Notes: generated by a model from the letters alone, not told the origin. Numbered from the stretch's first letter, positions 24,953 through 38,216 are shown. The stretch: DNA of 64,000 nucleotides from Tilletiaria anomala UBC 951 (GCF_000711695.1 NW_013547012.1:124001-188000), one strand, 5' to 3'. Program-made: numbers and translations.

Positions 24953-27900
24953 ATGCTGTCGTCCCTCTTCCAACCATGTGAGATCAAACTGCATCTGCTC
25001 CAGAACAGCCTTTTCCTCCACCCACCAGACCGCACTACACGCGGCGACCAGGAAGCGCTCCCTCCTACGTCTCAGGATGAGCTCGTTCGTGGCCTCGTTG
25101 AGCTGTGGGTCCCTTCCGAACGTCACATAGGTGGCATCAAGGTTAAGCTCAAGGGTGTCCAGACCATTGGCATCCTCGATTCTGCGACGAGTTCCATGCT
25201 CATCACCTGGGAGGACACAGTGGTGCTTGAGAAGACGCTCGAGATTGGAGTCGCACAAAAAAAGGGCAAAGAGAAGGAAAAGGGGCGCAGCAAAAGCAGG
25301 CACGCCAGCCCGGAGCGCTCGGCCCCGACATCGGCGTCAAGATTACCGCTGATCCCGCATCGAAGCGACGAAGATTCCTCCCACCACAGCCACCACCATC
25401 ACCACCACTACTTCCATCGCAGCGGAACGTCTCGCTCTGGAACTCTCACACCCACGTTTGAGACACCTGACTCGCCCAGATACCCGACCTCTACTTGCTC
25501 CTCGCGTGAAGAACACAACGCTGATCGACCTGACCTTCTCTACCGCGGCTCCTCGTCTCGCACCACGCATTCTGGAGGAGGACACGCTGGCTCGCACGAC
25601 GATCATCACGCCGTCTGTCTCAACGGGGATGCATCTCCGTCTCACGAGCACCGCGAGCGGGAGAGGGACAAGCACAGACACAGCATCGGCGGAGGTGGCC
25701 TGGCGAGCGCCATCGCAGCCGCCATGTCACGCGGCCGCTCAGCTTCCCGCAAGCCCGGATCGAACTCCGTTTCGGTGTCCGCGAGGCACTCGCCCAACTC
25801 CAGTCGCGCACCTAGCAGGGCCAATTCGCGCTCACGGCCGGCCAGCCGAGTCGCCAGTCGTGCGCCAAGTCCTGCCCCAGCCGCTACTGCAGGAGATGAG
25901 GAAGGAGGAGACCTGCTGGCGCCGCCTTTGGACGCGGAGGGGAGGCGTACATCGGTCCCCGGTCCGGCGAATGTCATCGGTGGATCAAGGGTGTTCAGCC
26001 CCGCACCGCGGACAGCGCGCAGCACGAGCGGGACGATTCCGTACTCGCAGCAGCGGGACGTGAGCGTCATCGCGCCTGACTCTCCCTCGTCCACTTCTGA
26101 GAGGCCGCCGGCGGAGTCCACATTTTCTCCACCGCGCTCGCAAGTTAGTGGCCATGCAGAAGATGTCGGCCCCAGCACATTGAGCAGGCCTCCAACTGGT
26201 CGCGGTGGGATCGGCTCCACTGCAAGTGCGCGCAGCGCAGCAGGCGCCGAAGATGTCGGCAGGGCGTCGCTCGAAGACGCCGCGACGACACGCGGCCGTG
26301 GAGGACTCGGGAGCCTCCTCTCGCGTCCATCTCTGGAGAATGGCTTGTCATCGAGAGGCAGCTCGAGCCATGACAATGCTGGCGGTGGCAGCTCAGCGTC
26401 CGAGCGCGCTTCCAGCGCTGCGCCTCAGCCCACACGAGGGCGCGGGGGCCTTGGCAATAGCAATAGCAACAACAGCAGCAGCAGCAGCACCGCACACCAC
26501 GATGCGCATAAGCCGGCCACGCGCAGTGCGAGCGTCGCGCTCCCCCTCTTCGGGGGACGCGGCAAGGACCGCGCCGTTAGTCGCGGGCGTGGCCCCGTCA
26601 AGGATGTGGACGCCCCAAGCGCGGATAGGAGCACGAGCATCGCCAGCGCATCTGCTGCGAGCGAGAGCGCTACCGATGGGAGTGGGCTGCAGCTTTCGAG
26701 GGGTGTGCACGGGTGAGCAGACCGGTCTCGATGCTTTGGAGTAAAAAAGAGCCAAATGCTGATCTGTCACGAGAACCTCTTCTTCTGCCTCCGCGCTCCC
26801 AAATCTCCAGTTTCGAATTCGCATTCATCATCCCAGCTGACACACCTCCTTACGAGCGCTCCCCGTTCGGGCGCGTCCGCTACACGATTAAAGCGACGGC
26901 GCTTGGCGCAGGCCGCGCCAAGTCGAACGTCGAAGCGCATCGGGACATATTTCCAATCGTCAATCCTTCGTCCGACAACGTGCTGACGCCCATGACGGTG
27001 CTGTACAATGATCTGCATCCGACCGTCGGGCTGTTGAGCATCACCTGCACAAGCAGCTCCGTCTCCGTCGGCGGCATCTTTAACGTCGATGTGCACTCCC
27101 CGAACCCACCGTCGGACCTGATCGTCTACCTCGTCCGCGTGATCCTCGAGACGACGATCGAACTGCACACTCGCAAAAAAGGCAAGCAGAGTGTACCCAC
27201 CCAGCGCCACAAATTGTGGGAGCGTGGATGGGTGCCTCCGCGTCCGAACGACCATCTGGGGCCGGGTGACGGAAACAAGGCGCAGGGCTTCATCAGAGAC
27301 GCGGGCACAGATCATGCTTGGACGGTCCAGACGGTTGCGAGAATTCCAGACGACAACGTCATTCGTGCAACGACGATGCCTGGCTCTCGTGCCGGTATCC
27401 GCTTCTCTCACACATTGGTGGTAGAGGTGGTGCACTCTCGCTCTCCTGCCTTTGAAGGCTTGCCGGAAGGATCCGAACGCAAGCTGAAGGTCTTTGCGCT
27501 GAGGCAACCTGTCATAATCCCATCTTGCTGCGTCGCCTACCACGCAGTCACGCTGCCCGAATACTCGGAATCCGACAACATTCCGCGCTCGCCAAACATG
27601 CCGTATGACATTGGCATTCAACATATCGGCGAGCCTGGTGCACCTGCGACACTCCCTCCTGATGCGCCGTGGGCCAACACTGCGCTGCCCCAGCACGGCT
27701 CGCGACATGACTACTGCGTATGCGGGCAGACAATTGCTGACCTCACGGCACGTGAGCGCGCCCTGATCCCGCGAATGGCGGGCATGACGATCCTGGGCGA
27801 TCATGTACACAACCGTGGGAAGATTGGAGAGTTGCCCGAGCCAGAGCCTGTGGGCGAGCGCCTGCGTCGCAGCCTTAGCAGGAGCTCTTCCCGTTCTCAC

Positions 27901-28149
27901 CGTTCGGCTTCCGTCACCCGTGGTGGCGCAGCAATGGCAAGGTCCATCAGTCGCAGTTCGAGGATCAGCACAGCGAGCAGCGCGACACTGCACACAGAAG
28001 GTATCACGATTGTCGGCTCTGGCGCCATGGTCGCGCAGGACCGATCTGTGCATCCAGGAGCTGAGCCGGGCTCATTCGACGCGCCCCCATCATATTGCAG
28101 CGTTCAGGAATGCGAAGAGGAACCACGTGGACGTTCTGTGGCTCGGTGA
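24953..28149 (+). CDS. Alpha-arrestin-like adaptor with large disordered insertion and PY motifs, 2 exons (intron ~26713-26810)
   Basis: Arrestin-N strands LVRGLVELWVP..IKVKLKGVQTI, then after the insertion LSRGVHG|FEFAFIIPADTPPYERSPFGRVRYTIKATA. Arrestin-C-like IRFSHTLVVEV. LPEY and PPSY motifs. Confidence 0.75.
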
Positions 28150-28348
28150 GGCTGCGTGCATGCTATAACAGACGTCAGGGGAGTTGCAATAGAATGGAAG
28201 CATCCCTGCATCACATTATAAGCCATTGAGCACGCTTGCAAGCTACAGTGCATTCAAAGTCGAGGCGCATATCGCTTGTGTGGATTCCTCATTATCATCA
28301 ACCGAGCGTGGGGCGCTGGCAGCGGCCGCAATTTGTTTGTCATGTCCA

Positions 28349-31300
28349 TCAAGGAGCGTCTAAGAATTCCACCTCTTCTGGTATGTACTTGTGGCAATCG
28401 GAGCCCGCGAAGCCGTGCGCGAGGTTCTCAAACCCATCCGCGTAAGCAGGCCTCATATCAGCAATACCTTCTTGTTTACTGGAAGCCATGTTGTTGCGCT
28501 CTTCCATATGTTCTGGACGATCGGTCTTAAGCAGCTGGCTTGCCAGAATGGCGCGCACTTGCTCTCGAATCAAAGGTCTGTGCTCGCTGCCTTCATTCTT
28601 CCCGTCTTCAAGTTCTTGCAAGGTGCCGTCAATATCCCAATCGAGGAACAGCCGAGCCACTCTTTCAATCACCATCAGCTCTTCTTTATTGGTGATGCAA
28701 GCGGAAGAGTATGCTGCCCCTTCGCCATCGTCTTCAAGGCCGGCAAATGCCAGATCAGATGCATGACCTTGGCGCAGCAAACGCGTTACGAAATCACCGC
28801 GGTTCACCACCTCCACGTCAATTCCGAAAATCCGGGCGCAGTGGCCAGCATTCGACGAGTCCGAAAATCCAGGAGCCGCTCTGACGGAACAAAGGTGGAT
28901 GAATCAGCGCCTGCGGAACGAAATTTCATATGCTCCGAGCGTTGCATACTTGAAAAGGTAGATGATGTCTTCGTTTCCATCCGTCTGCTCCAGCACAATT
29001 TGCATATGCATGGGAGTGAAGGGTAGGTATGGCGGAAGTATACCATTGAAGAAGACATCGTGGAAGTGGGTTGCGACGGCAGCTTTGGGACAGTCTTGAC
29101 CGCGCGTCAAGAGGTCTTGGACAATGGCAGCGAACAGTGCAGCCCCGTCTGAAGAATTCTGGACTTCAACGGATTGGTCTAGAATAGCAAGCTCACCAGA
29201 GACCCACCTTTGGCGTCGGTCCCCTTTGCCGTCTCGTCGAGAAGGACGAGGGAGCGAGCCGTGCAGTGTCTCAAGGCAAAACTGCACTGGCTTATGTCGA
29301 TAAGAAAGTTGCTCTGCATTCTTCCCACCGACTCAAGCACTTGTATACTGGTCAAGACTTTCAGCGGCGGTACGATTCGTCAATTCCTCGTATAGTTTCA
29401 GTCGGCTGTATCGTACTAACTTTTATCGCAAACACCCAAGACCGCGCGGTCAGCAGGGACGAAGGAGCCGCATTGTGCCATGTAACTGACACGATTGCAA
29501 CTGTCAGCATAGAACGTGTGGCTTTCAAATATGGCCACGGACACACCGCCATTCGCAGACACTCACACGATCATTGCAATGCTTTTGATAAAGACGCTCT
29601 TCCCGCAGCAGTTCGCGCCTGTCACAACTATCATGCTGTTTCCCGCTGCGGCGTCCGTGGATTCTCCAGCCTGCTGTTGGTCAAACTCTTCAAAATTGCT
29701 ATCCTGGACCATAGCATCCTGCAGATCGCCTTTGCCGCCTACGAGCATCGCATCATTTGGAACCTAAAAGCCAGGAAACATGAGTCAACGACGCACGGTT
29801 TCAAAGATGGTCGTTGGCACTAACAAAGCTCTCGACGCATCGCTCGGATAAAGGATGGCGCCCGCGCTCGATCCTGATCTCGTTGCCCTCAATCATGTTT
29901 GGCCGCACGTAGCCGTACTCCTGCGCCGCCCGGGCGAGCGAAATCAAACTGATTCGAGATAGGTCAGCAGCCGGTTCGATACCAATCGCGTGACTGTTTT
30001 TCACCAATCCAGCTCCGCCATAGCTTGTGCTCCACTCAAGATGACCGCCTGCTTGGCAAGCACGCGCTGTTGCAGATCGTTGGTGATCTCTATCTGCCTA
30101 TCTGCAATGTACGAGTGAAGATCTCCGAGCTGTGAAGACATTTGTTAGTGAACAACCAGCCGTACTCAGGTCACGGTGACCTCACGTGAACGTCAAGGTC
30201 CTCCATTTCCTGAGCTGCAGAAGTCAACAGTCTGATCAGCCCGCGGTCAGGTCACCGCAGCGAATTCCGGAGCCACCATACATTTGAAGTAATCCATCAT
30301 GTTGGACGAGAAAGAGAACGTCAAGCCTTCGATTTGCCTCTCTGCGCCAGTCATGTCTTCGGATTCACGTGGCAAGGCAATGAGATAGCCGAGCTGAGGG
30401 AAGAAGCAGATGTTGAAGCTATGTGGGACAGAAGAGTCATTAGGCCAAGTAAATCAATACGTTAGCTCGCTGAATGCAGAGAGCATAGTATCGCACTCTC
30501 ACCTTTCTGCATGCTCCTGCATCGCCGTGCCGCGCAAGCTCTCTGCAACAGTGCTGAGCAGGCTAGGGAGCGCAGCGTACGACCGGCGCCACTCGTCGAG
30601 CTGAGCATCATGGCCCACACAGATGACTACAGAGCGTTCTTGCGTGCTGGGCATCGCAATGCGGATTAAGAGACGTAGCCGACACGAAAGAACAAGGAAA
30701 AGCGCTTACCTCTCTTGCCAGTCAATGATTCCAAGCATGTCTGCGATATCTGCAAGGCTAGCAACATTGATGGCGCTGAGGATCTGCAAAGCACGGGGAG
30801 CATCATGATACCAGTGTGAGAAAATGCACCTTTAAGGCGCGGAACAAGGAGCGCACATCTGAGAGCATTTTCGAGAGGTTTTCGAAGTTGCCCAGTATCT
30901 CGCTGATCGCAATGGCATGCCTGCAGTACTCTGAGAGTTTGCGCCATGCGGCCAGGCTCGGCGTACCGCGAGCAAACGCCGACCCGAGGAGCGAAGCAAT
31001 GTTGGCCCCGCCCTTGAGTTCCGCAACGAGAAGGACGAGGTCTGCGGCGGTCTGCGGACGAAGCAGGCATCCGACTGCGTCGTGGCGCACGTTGATGGTC
31101 TTCTTAACTGCGGATGGCCAAGCAAGCCAGCGGCGTAGTAGAGTGCGACCCATTGGCGACACGGTGAAGTCTAGAACATTGAAAAGCGACAGGCCCTCCT
31201 TCTTGCTGGAAGACTGCGCACTCGCCACGCTCTCCTCCACAAAGATAGACAGAGCCTTTTGCGTCGCAGATGTCACCTGCAAGTAATTAGAAAGGCACAT

Positions 31301-32324
31301 GGTCTCGACGCCACTGATGATATGCGAGAGGCCTGGCTCAGCGTTGGGCAAGGCGCCATGAGAGACGAGGCGGAAAACATGGCTGAGCAAGGCGCACGCT
31401 GCAGCGGTCGTGAGAGTCATTTGCTCAGCGTCGACGGCGGATGCAAGCTTCAGGCGTTTGGTGAAGAAGGGTAGCTCGCCTGCCTCGGCAGCGCTGGTGA
31501 TCTTAGGGCTTGCACTATATCCCTCATCATCATCCTGTGAGTCAGCCGCGCGGTCGGCGTCCAAAGCACCAATGGACAGCAGCCGCATCTTGCCTGCTAC
31601 AGGGTCGTACTCGCGTGCAGGCCGCACTTGCAGCGTACCCCCAGTCTCGGTTACTAAATGAACAAGGTCGGTTGGTAAGTAGGCTGACGCTGGCTATATG
31701 CGAGGGTTCATCCGGCTTTCCCCAGGTGCGCACAGTCAGTCTTCATCGCTTCGATGTCTTCGCTCGAGCACTTTGAACTGGCAAGGATCATGTCTGGTTT
31801 ATGCTGATCGATGACTTGGAGAATGAAGCGACGCGTTCTGTCAGTGTCAGATGCAGAAGAGGCCACAACACGTCAAAAGATTCAAGTGTTAGCTCACTGA
31901 GACCAACGAGGTCCCGCATACCGGTCTCCTTGTTAGCTGCAGCACTGGTAGATGCATTTCCTGCTGTGTGTCCAGCATCAGGACCTTCCTGTACATCACT
32001 TCGTCCCAGGATCACTGTGTCGGCTTTGAAGGTGGATGTATGCGCTTCGACGGCGGCGTCCTCCAGGAGAAAGAGGGTATGAGACACATCTTCAAAGATG
32101 GCACAGCCCACCCGCCCGTGCTGAATGAGGATGGACATGATGACGCCTTCAGCGATTTTCTCTTCCTCCTCCAGCTCTGCCTCTGCGGTGTCGAAATCAT
32201 CGTACTCGGTCCTGTCCTGCCATGAAGGATTCGCTGGGGCGTCAGATCGTATGCTGGCTGCGACGTTGAAACGGGTCCGCTTCGCTAGCGGAGCAGCGTC
32301 AGAAAGAGATTCCTCGTCGCTCAT
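28349..32324 (-). CDS. MSH5: Meiotic MutS homolog 5, many exons
   Basis: KEGLSLFNVLDFTVSPMGRTLLRRWL, CFFPQLGYL, GRHPL, Walker A TGANCCGKS, YMAQCGSFVPA, SLVLLDETAKGT, ATHFH, and the C-terminal LFLDWDI typical of Msh5. Confidence 0.9.
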
Positions 32325-32579
32325 ACTGCAGCGAGAAGACCATCCGTGATGTGTGTATTTCTCAGCCTGCTTTGCGCTCGTGAGGCTTTGCCCTTGGAGG
32401 ACTCGTGAAAGATATATAGGACGCAGTAAGGTGATGAGGCAGAGCCCCAAGAATATGCAGTGGGAGCGGAACGTGTCCTGGTTTCCGGCCAGGTGTTGAG
32501 AGTGTTTGACTTTCGCGCGTGCGCGCGTCATGTCTCGAACGCTGCGGCTTCGGTGAGTATGGTTCCTGCACCTAATGAC

Positions 32580-33155
32580 TCAGTCGTCCTTGCTACTTGC
32601 GGTAGGTGGGCTGAACGCTGGTTGTTCGCCGCCAAGAGCATCTCTGATACTGATGCCCCTCGAATGTCGTGGTGGCCACCCCGTGCCCGCCGAGGGTGTG
32701 CCGTGGGATTGCCTGTTCGCAGATCTGCCGCTAGATTTCGGCTGGAATTCTTTCGAGGTAGTGCTGAAGCCTTCTCTCCGCAGCTTCCATCTGCCGGCTG
32801 CTGACGGCGCTGCGCCTGAAGGTAGACCAGGTAGATTGCCTTCTACTGCAGTGGTCTCGCTCCCACTCTCTCCATTGTCCTCTTCGTCTTCCTCCTGCAC
32901 GTCGAGTAGCCTGTGTAACTCTGTGGCTCTGCTTAGCCCTTGCGCATCGTTACCCGACCAGCCTCGTGGGCCTGCCCGGGTAGTGTGGAAGACGCCTAGC
33001 CCATCTGATTCAACATCATCGTCTGGGGGTTCACCCCATCTTTTCAGGCCATAGAGGATGCCAATGGAAATGAGAATGATGGATACGATGAGGATCACCC
33101 AAGAAAGCGGCTCGATGAAGTCGGGTGCATCGCTGGGCGAGGCTGTCGCGGGCAT
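32580..33155 (-). CDS. Hypothetical single-pass membrane protein
   Basis: Hydrophobic helix LSWVILIVSIILISIGILYGL followed by KR and an acidic, disordered cytosolic tail. No family recognised. Confidence 0.55.
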   Translation of the reverse strand: MPATASPSDAPDFIEPLSWVILIVSIILISIGILYGLKRWGEPPDDDVESDGLGVFHTTRAGPRGWSGNDAQGLSRATELHRLLDVQEEDEEDNGESGSETTAVEGNLPGLPSGAAPSAAGRWKLRREGFSTTSKEFQPKSSGRSANRQSHGTPSAGTGWPPRHSRGISIRDALGGEQPAFSPPTASSKDD

Positions 33156-33699
33156 TGTGCCGTTCCAGCGGGCCGTCACTGCGCAGCCTCGACTTTTCCT
33201 AGCTTTGTAGCCACTTCTTATGAACGATAACTCGGGAATGGGTCAGCTTTGAAGGGCAGCTGAGGTGTGCATTGATCGTCTACAGGTGTGAACAAGCGAT
33301 GGTCATGCGGCGTGCCATGACAACGGGCACGCGTTCCATAGCTGAGGGACGTTTGGCTTGAATTGGCGTGCTTGCTTACAAACTTGGACTCTTAAAGGTA
33401 ACCTTAGTCTGGAACCAAACGAGCGAATCAATCCGAATCTGAATCAGTCGAATCACCCACTTCACAAAATTAATTGAACTGCTTTAAAAAGGTCTTACCA
33501 GATTCCTATCCAGCGCTTAGAAACAACGGGTGATATCGATACTGACCTATCTTTGAAGTCCCTTTTGCGAGCGTAGACTACTAGATGTAATGTACTTCGT
33601 CTTGCTATCGCACCATTGTTCCCCATAGCCAAAAGGGATAGCTACGCTGATCAATTCCACGCCGTCTATGTCCCCGGACTTAACTCTCTTGGTCGCAAT

Positions 33700-34480
33700 C
33701 AGCCCAGGCAGCTTAGTGCTAAATGCCCACCAGCCCCAGCTCGTAGCGAAGGATGATTGTGAAGAAATCAAGCAATGTGACACCTGCAGTCCTAGCTTAC
33801 GTGCTCGCTCGGCATCGCTTATCCTCGATCGAGTCCATCTTAGAGCGACGACAGCTGCCAGCACAGTAAGGAAGCGCTTAAGCGCCTATCTGTCACCGGC
33901 TGACCGTCGGACCTCACCAGAAGCGACCGTTAAAGATATTGGTGACCACAGCGGTAGGTTGAGCAAATACAGATCGGAATCAGCTTCCATCCCCCAGCTT
34001 CCTTTATTGATATGTGCAGCACACCTTGTGTGTGTAACACCCCTCTCGCCTCGCATAATTAGTAGTCCCACGCAGGCCATCGCACTTCTTCAATGTATCT
34101 AGTACCACGAATTCACGGCAGTCTCTGTCCAGAAAGCAATTCATACCTCATCGTGCCGTTTCTGGCACTCTGTTCTCTGGGAGGCCTTGCGCTTGCGCCG
34201 CCTTCCCCAAGAGAACCACGGTGGCACTAGCTTCTCGGGATGAAGAAGAGAACGGCACCGTCGCACGTGCCTCGCCGAAGAGCAAGCAAGTTGTCCATTG
34301 TCCTGCTGATGCAGAGTATGGAGCTGAACTGCAGGACATGCAACGATAGAACTAAATTGCGAGTCGAAGATCCATCTTGCCGTCTTGGTAGGTGCGTTTG
34401 TTCGTTCCCCAAGTGCTTTGGGTTGTGTTCTGGCTACTCGCCGAGTCGACGACGCCTTTGGAAAGTAAATCATTGCTGCT
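33700..34480 (-). mobile_element. Possible decayed Ty3/Gypsy reverse transcriptase fragment
   Basis: Ordered remnants: NDLLSKGVVDSASS..QDGKMDLRLAI*FYR (cf. ELLxKGxIxPSxS..KDGxLRLxIDYR), MDNLL, DEV*IAFWT, LKRFLTV, RKLGLQVSHC. Spacing is partly longer than canonical. Confidence 0.4.
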
Positions 34481-35031
34481 GCGTTGACAAGGACGAATAT
34501 CCATCGAACTGAAGCTCGAATTAAACATTGAATGAGCATCAATAGGTGCACAAAGGCGTACAAGCTCTCCAAGCTGATGACACGCTGACGAGCGTTAGCA
34601 AGAGCAGACAGTAGACTAGTTCAAGGAGAATCAAGGATTTCACACCATGAAATACGCGCTTCGAACGATGAAATGCTGTCAAAGTGATATACTCTCTCCT
34701 GTTCCAGAACAGGCGACTGGCGTGCCGCTGCTGCGGCCATGGACTGTGGCTCGTGAAAGGAGACGTGACAGATGTGTAGGCGGATAGAAAACGTGTAGTA
34801 CAGTAAAAAGCCAAAGCTCGCTTGCGCGACAGCGTCGACTGTCCCAAAACTCTCCGGTGCCATGTGCCATGCTGGCCTGTGCGCGCACGCAAAGACGAAT
34901 GATAGCGAAAGAACGATAAGAAGGAAAAAGGAGCAAAGGCAACACCGATATTGTCCATGATACATCTAGCGAGGGGTCGACGCGGCGCAATCGCTAGAAA
35001 CCCCGAAGTGGCGAGCAAGAAGGGAACCAGG

Positions 35032-37528
35032 CTATTTCTTTCCGGCTACCTCCTTCTCCCACCACTTCTCAAAGCCCGCGCCAGTGCTGTTCCCTGCGGC
35101 AGGCGCCGACGCTGTCGACGCCTTCGGATACGTGGGCGATGATGGTGCGATTTTCGCCATGCCATATGGCGCGAAATTCTCACCACTTTTGGCTGCCAGC
35201 GACTGTGACTCCTTCCACGCTTGGGCCTGCGCCTGGGCCTGCTGTATGCGCGTGATGGCGTTGATCAGCGACGGCGTCGCCGGAACCATGGTTTGCGCGC
35301 CCGCGGGCTGCGGCGCCTGCAACTGTGGGGCCACTGATGGAGCTGACAGCGGAGGGCGCGATGCTGCTGAGGAAGCCGGCAGCGTCGCAGGCGCGGCCAC
35401 TGCAGCGCTGTCTCTGTACACTGCAAGCGGCTTGTGCACCTCCTCGCTGCCGCCGCTATTGGAAGGATCTGAGAGCCCGTCCGATGAAGAGGATGAGGAT
35501 GCCTTGGTCGTGCCGCTGAGCCCGCTTCCGGCGCCGCCGTTACCACCAGCACTGGAGGCACAGCTATCGGTCCGGTAGCTGGGCGGGCGGGGGAGCGCGT
35601 ATCCGCGGTAGTTCTCCAGCCCGCCGTTGCCCTTATTGAGCTCGGCAACTGCATCGCGCTCACCGCTCTTGTGCTGCTGCTGCTGCTTCTTATCGTCGAC
35701 GCTGCTGTCGTCGATATTGGTCGCGTAGCTGTCGTCGTCACTGTCATCAGCGTCGTGTTCGTCGCTGAGCTCAGAGGCCTCTGCGTCTTTCTCTCCGCGG
35801 GCGAGCGCCTGGAAGCGTGCAGGCCCGCGCGAGATATTGCGGCCGGCGCTTGAGCGAGCCTTTGCGCTCTTTGCGCGGCGGTTTGGGTTGAGCTCCGTGA
35901 ATGCAGCACCGCCGGCCGACGGCGCGCTGGTGGCGCCTGCGGTAATGGGCGGATCGCGACCGTACGAGGCGGGCCGCTGGTCCTTGTCGCTGAAGAGGCC
36001 TGCGACGCGCTGCCAAGCCGTCGGAGCGGGCTCGAACAGGCCCGCACGCGACTCGACCATTCCGGTTGGGCCGGGCACCGCTGCGCCGCTCTTGTTGACA
36101 AAGCGTTCCGTCCAGCCGCCAAGGTAATCGTTCCATTCCTCCACCGCGTCGTTTCCCGTCTTGGCGCCGATGAAGAACTGAAGTGCACAGCCGATAACGC
36201 AGCCGAGCACGCCGCCTGCGATGTAACCCTTGAATGCGGGCGTGCCCCACGCGCTGATCGCGTTGGCCTGTGTCGCGGATCCGTCGTGGGCGAAGAGCAG
36301 AGCCCAGAGGTCGAGCCAGGCTGCGCTCGAGTCCTCCGGCGGCGCAAAGAGCGCGACGCCAGTGAGCATGGTTACGACGCCGATCAGTGCGGTGCAGACC
36401 CCGAGCAGGTGGCGCTGCACGGTGCTGTTGCGCGCCGTGAGGAGGAGCGGCGCGGTGAAGAGGGAGGCAAAGATGGCGAGCAGGATGACGCGGATGGTCA
36501 GTGTATGGATGCCAAAGACAGCCGTAACGAGAAGGACGGTGCAGACGCCGGCGAGTAAGCCAGCCATGCTGCGGCCGACGACGCGCCAGTGACCGCCTAG
36601 CAACGGACCAAGGACGAGGCTGGGGGCAAACCAGAGGGCAAAGAACGCCTGCGGCGCCAGCGGCGCCTTGCCGCTGCGCGCGCAGACAGCACACAGGACA
36701 AGCGTGACGAGGAAGCTGAAGAAGAGGAAGCCAATGACGCAGCCGCCGATTCCGCCTGCGAGCAGCGCAGCGCGCGACTTGACCTGCTTGCCGTTCGGCA
36801 GAATGGCCGAGCGCGAGCGCACGCCGGCGCGAGAGAGCCAGTTGAACGAGGCGAACCCGCTGAAGAGGAGCAGCGTGCCGGTCAAGATCCAGAGGATGCA
36901 GTAGATGATCTGTGCCCAGTACAGGGACTGGACCGTGTTGGCGACTGAGCGGACGCGAAAGAGGGAGAGGTTAGCGGCGCTCATGCGTTGGCAAATCATG
37001 GGGGGAAAGCTTACAGGAAAAGGGTGCGTCATGGAAGGTATGTCCATCTATCGTATAGCTTCCATCCGCATTGGCAGGGACAGCCACGGCGTTTCTTAGG
37101 CCCCATGTCGTCCAAGCATTAGAGCCGATCATGCCCTCTCCCTGGATCGCGTTGGGAGATATAGCAAGCTTTACGCTACGAGGTACACCCTCAGTCGGGT
37201 GGACTTTGACATACTTCACAAGAGCATTGGCGAGATCCGCCGAGTCATGCCCGGCGTACATGCGCTCAGAGGCAGGCAGCGCGGCATATTCGTTGCCGAC
37301 GTTGACGATTCGCGTGTAGTGCGCGACGAGCACGTCGGCAATGTCGGAAGACGAGTGACCGTTCATGAAGAGTGGGACGTTGCCCGCGAGAAGGTTCTTG
37401 GATTCTTGGCCGGCGATGATGCCAGCCGGCGTTGCCGGTGTCACTGGCGAGGAGGAAGTTGAATCGGGGGGAGCGTCAAATCCAATGGTAGCCGCCATGG
37501 GCGCGATACCATGCAGTGGGTGCGCCAT
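35032..37528 (-). CDS. Multi-pass membrane protein with long disordered C-terminus (DUF4203/TM7S3-like, tentative); 5' end uncertain; intron ~36946-37014
   Basis: About 8 Gly-rich hydrophobic helices (CTALIGVVTMLTGVALF, GVLGCVIGCALQF) followed by a Ser/Gly/acidic tail with a PPSY motif. The family name rests on resemblance only. Confidence 0.65.
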
Positions 37529-38100
37529 GACGCTCAGCTTTGCTGGAACGCAAGCAGGTTGTAGAGTTCGTTATAGCGGTGCGGAGTGCAACTCGTCAAT
37601 AGTGCGTTACTTTCGGGGTGATGGTCGTAAATGGGCTCGTTTCGGATTGGATTAGACTGGATGGCGGGTAAGGGGTATAGATGAAGGTAACTTGCTGTCA
37701 ATTCGTTTCGTTGGTCATCAGGGCGTGCAGCGGATGAGAGGAGGGGAGAGGTTCAAGCTGCTGCGGCTGGCATGGTCACAAAGCGGCGATGGCGGCTGGT
37801 GCATGAAGCGTGAAGATCGCGATGGCGAGGTGGCCAATGGAAATCGATCCATGCCAGATGCATCCATTGCATCCTACCCTATCCCATCCCATCCTAGCAA
37901 GCAGACTGGTAGGTGCGCATCGCCGTATGTGGAAAGTGACGCAGTCGCGGCTGCGCGACTGCGATTGCCCTAGCAAATAGGGGCTTTGCTGACGTAAGGA
38001 CACGATATCGGTGCAAGTCTGCATTGCTTCGGTGCAACCATATACAGCACAACCCTAGATGAACGGCTTCGCCGGCCCTTTGAAAGTAATTTGACTTTTG

Positions 38101-38107
38101 TGAGTCA
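38101..38107. promoter_or_regulatory. Gcn4/Cpc1 (cross-pathway control) site TGAGTCA upstream of TRP4
   Basis: Exact TGA(C/G)TCA consensus about 180 nt upstream of an amino-acid biosynthesis gene; TRP4 is a known Gcn4 target in yeast. Confidence 0.55.
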
Positions 38108-38216
38108 CGGGTTTGTGGTCAGCAAGGGATGAAGCTGAACTTCCAGCTAGACATGCTATCTCCATTTTCGGGGTCCAGGGCCTCGACGATGCAGAACTAG
38201 ATTAGGCTAGACAAAC

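Noticed and set aside
26767..28053. 428-aa minus-strand ORF
   Set aside because: Antisense shadow of the arrestin-like exon in GC-rich, codon-biased DNA; no domain features.
35265..36694. Overlapping 360-aa and 307-aa Arg-rich ORFs
   Set aside because: Alternative frames of the real membrane-protein gene; typical of high-GC coding DNA.
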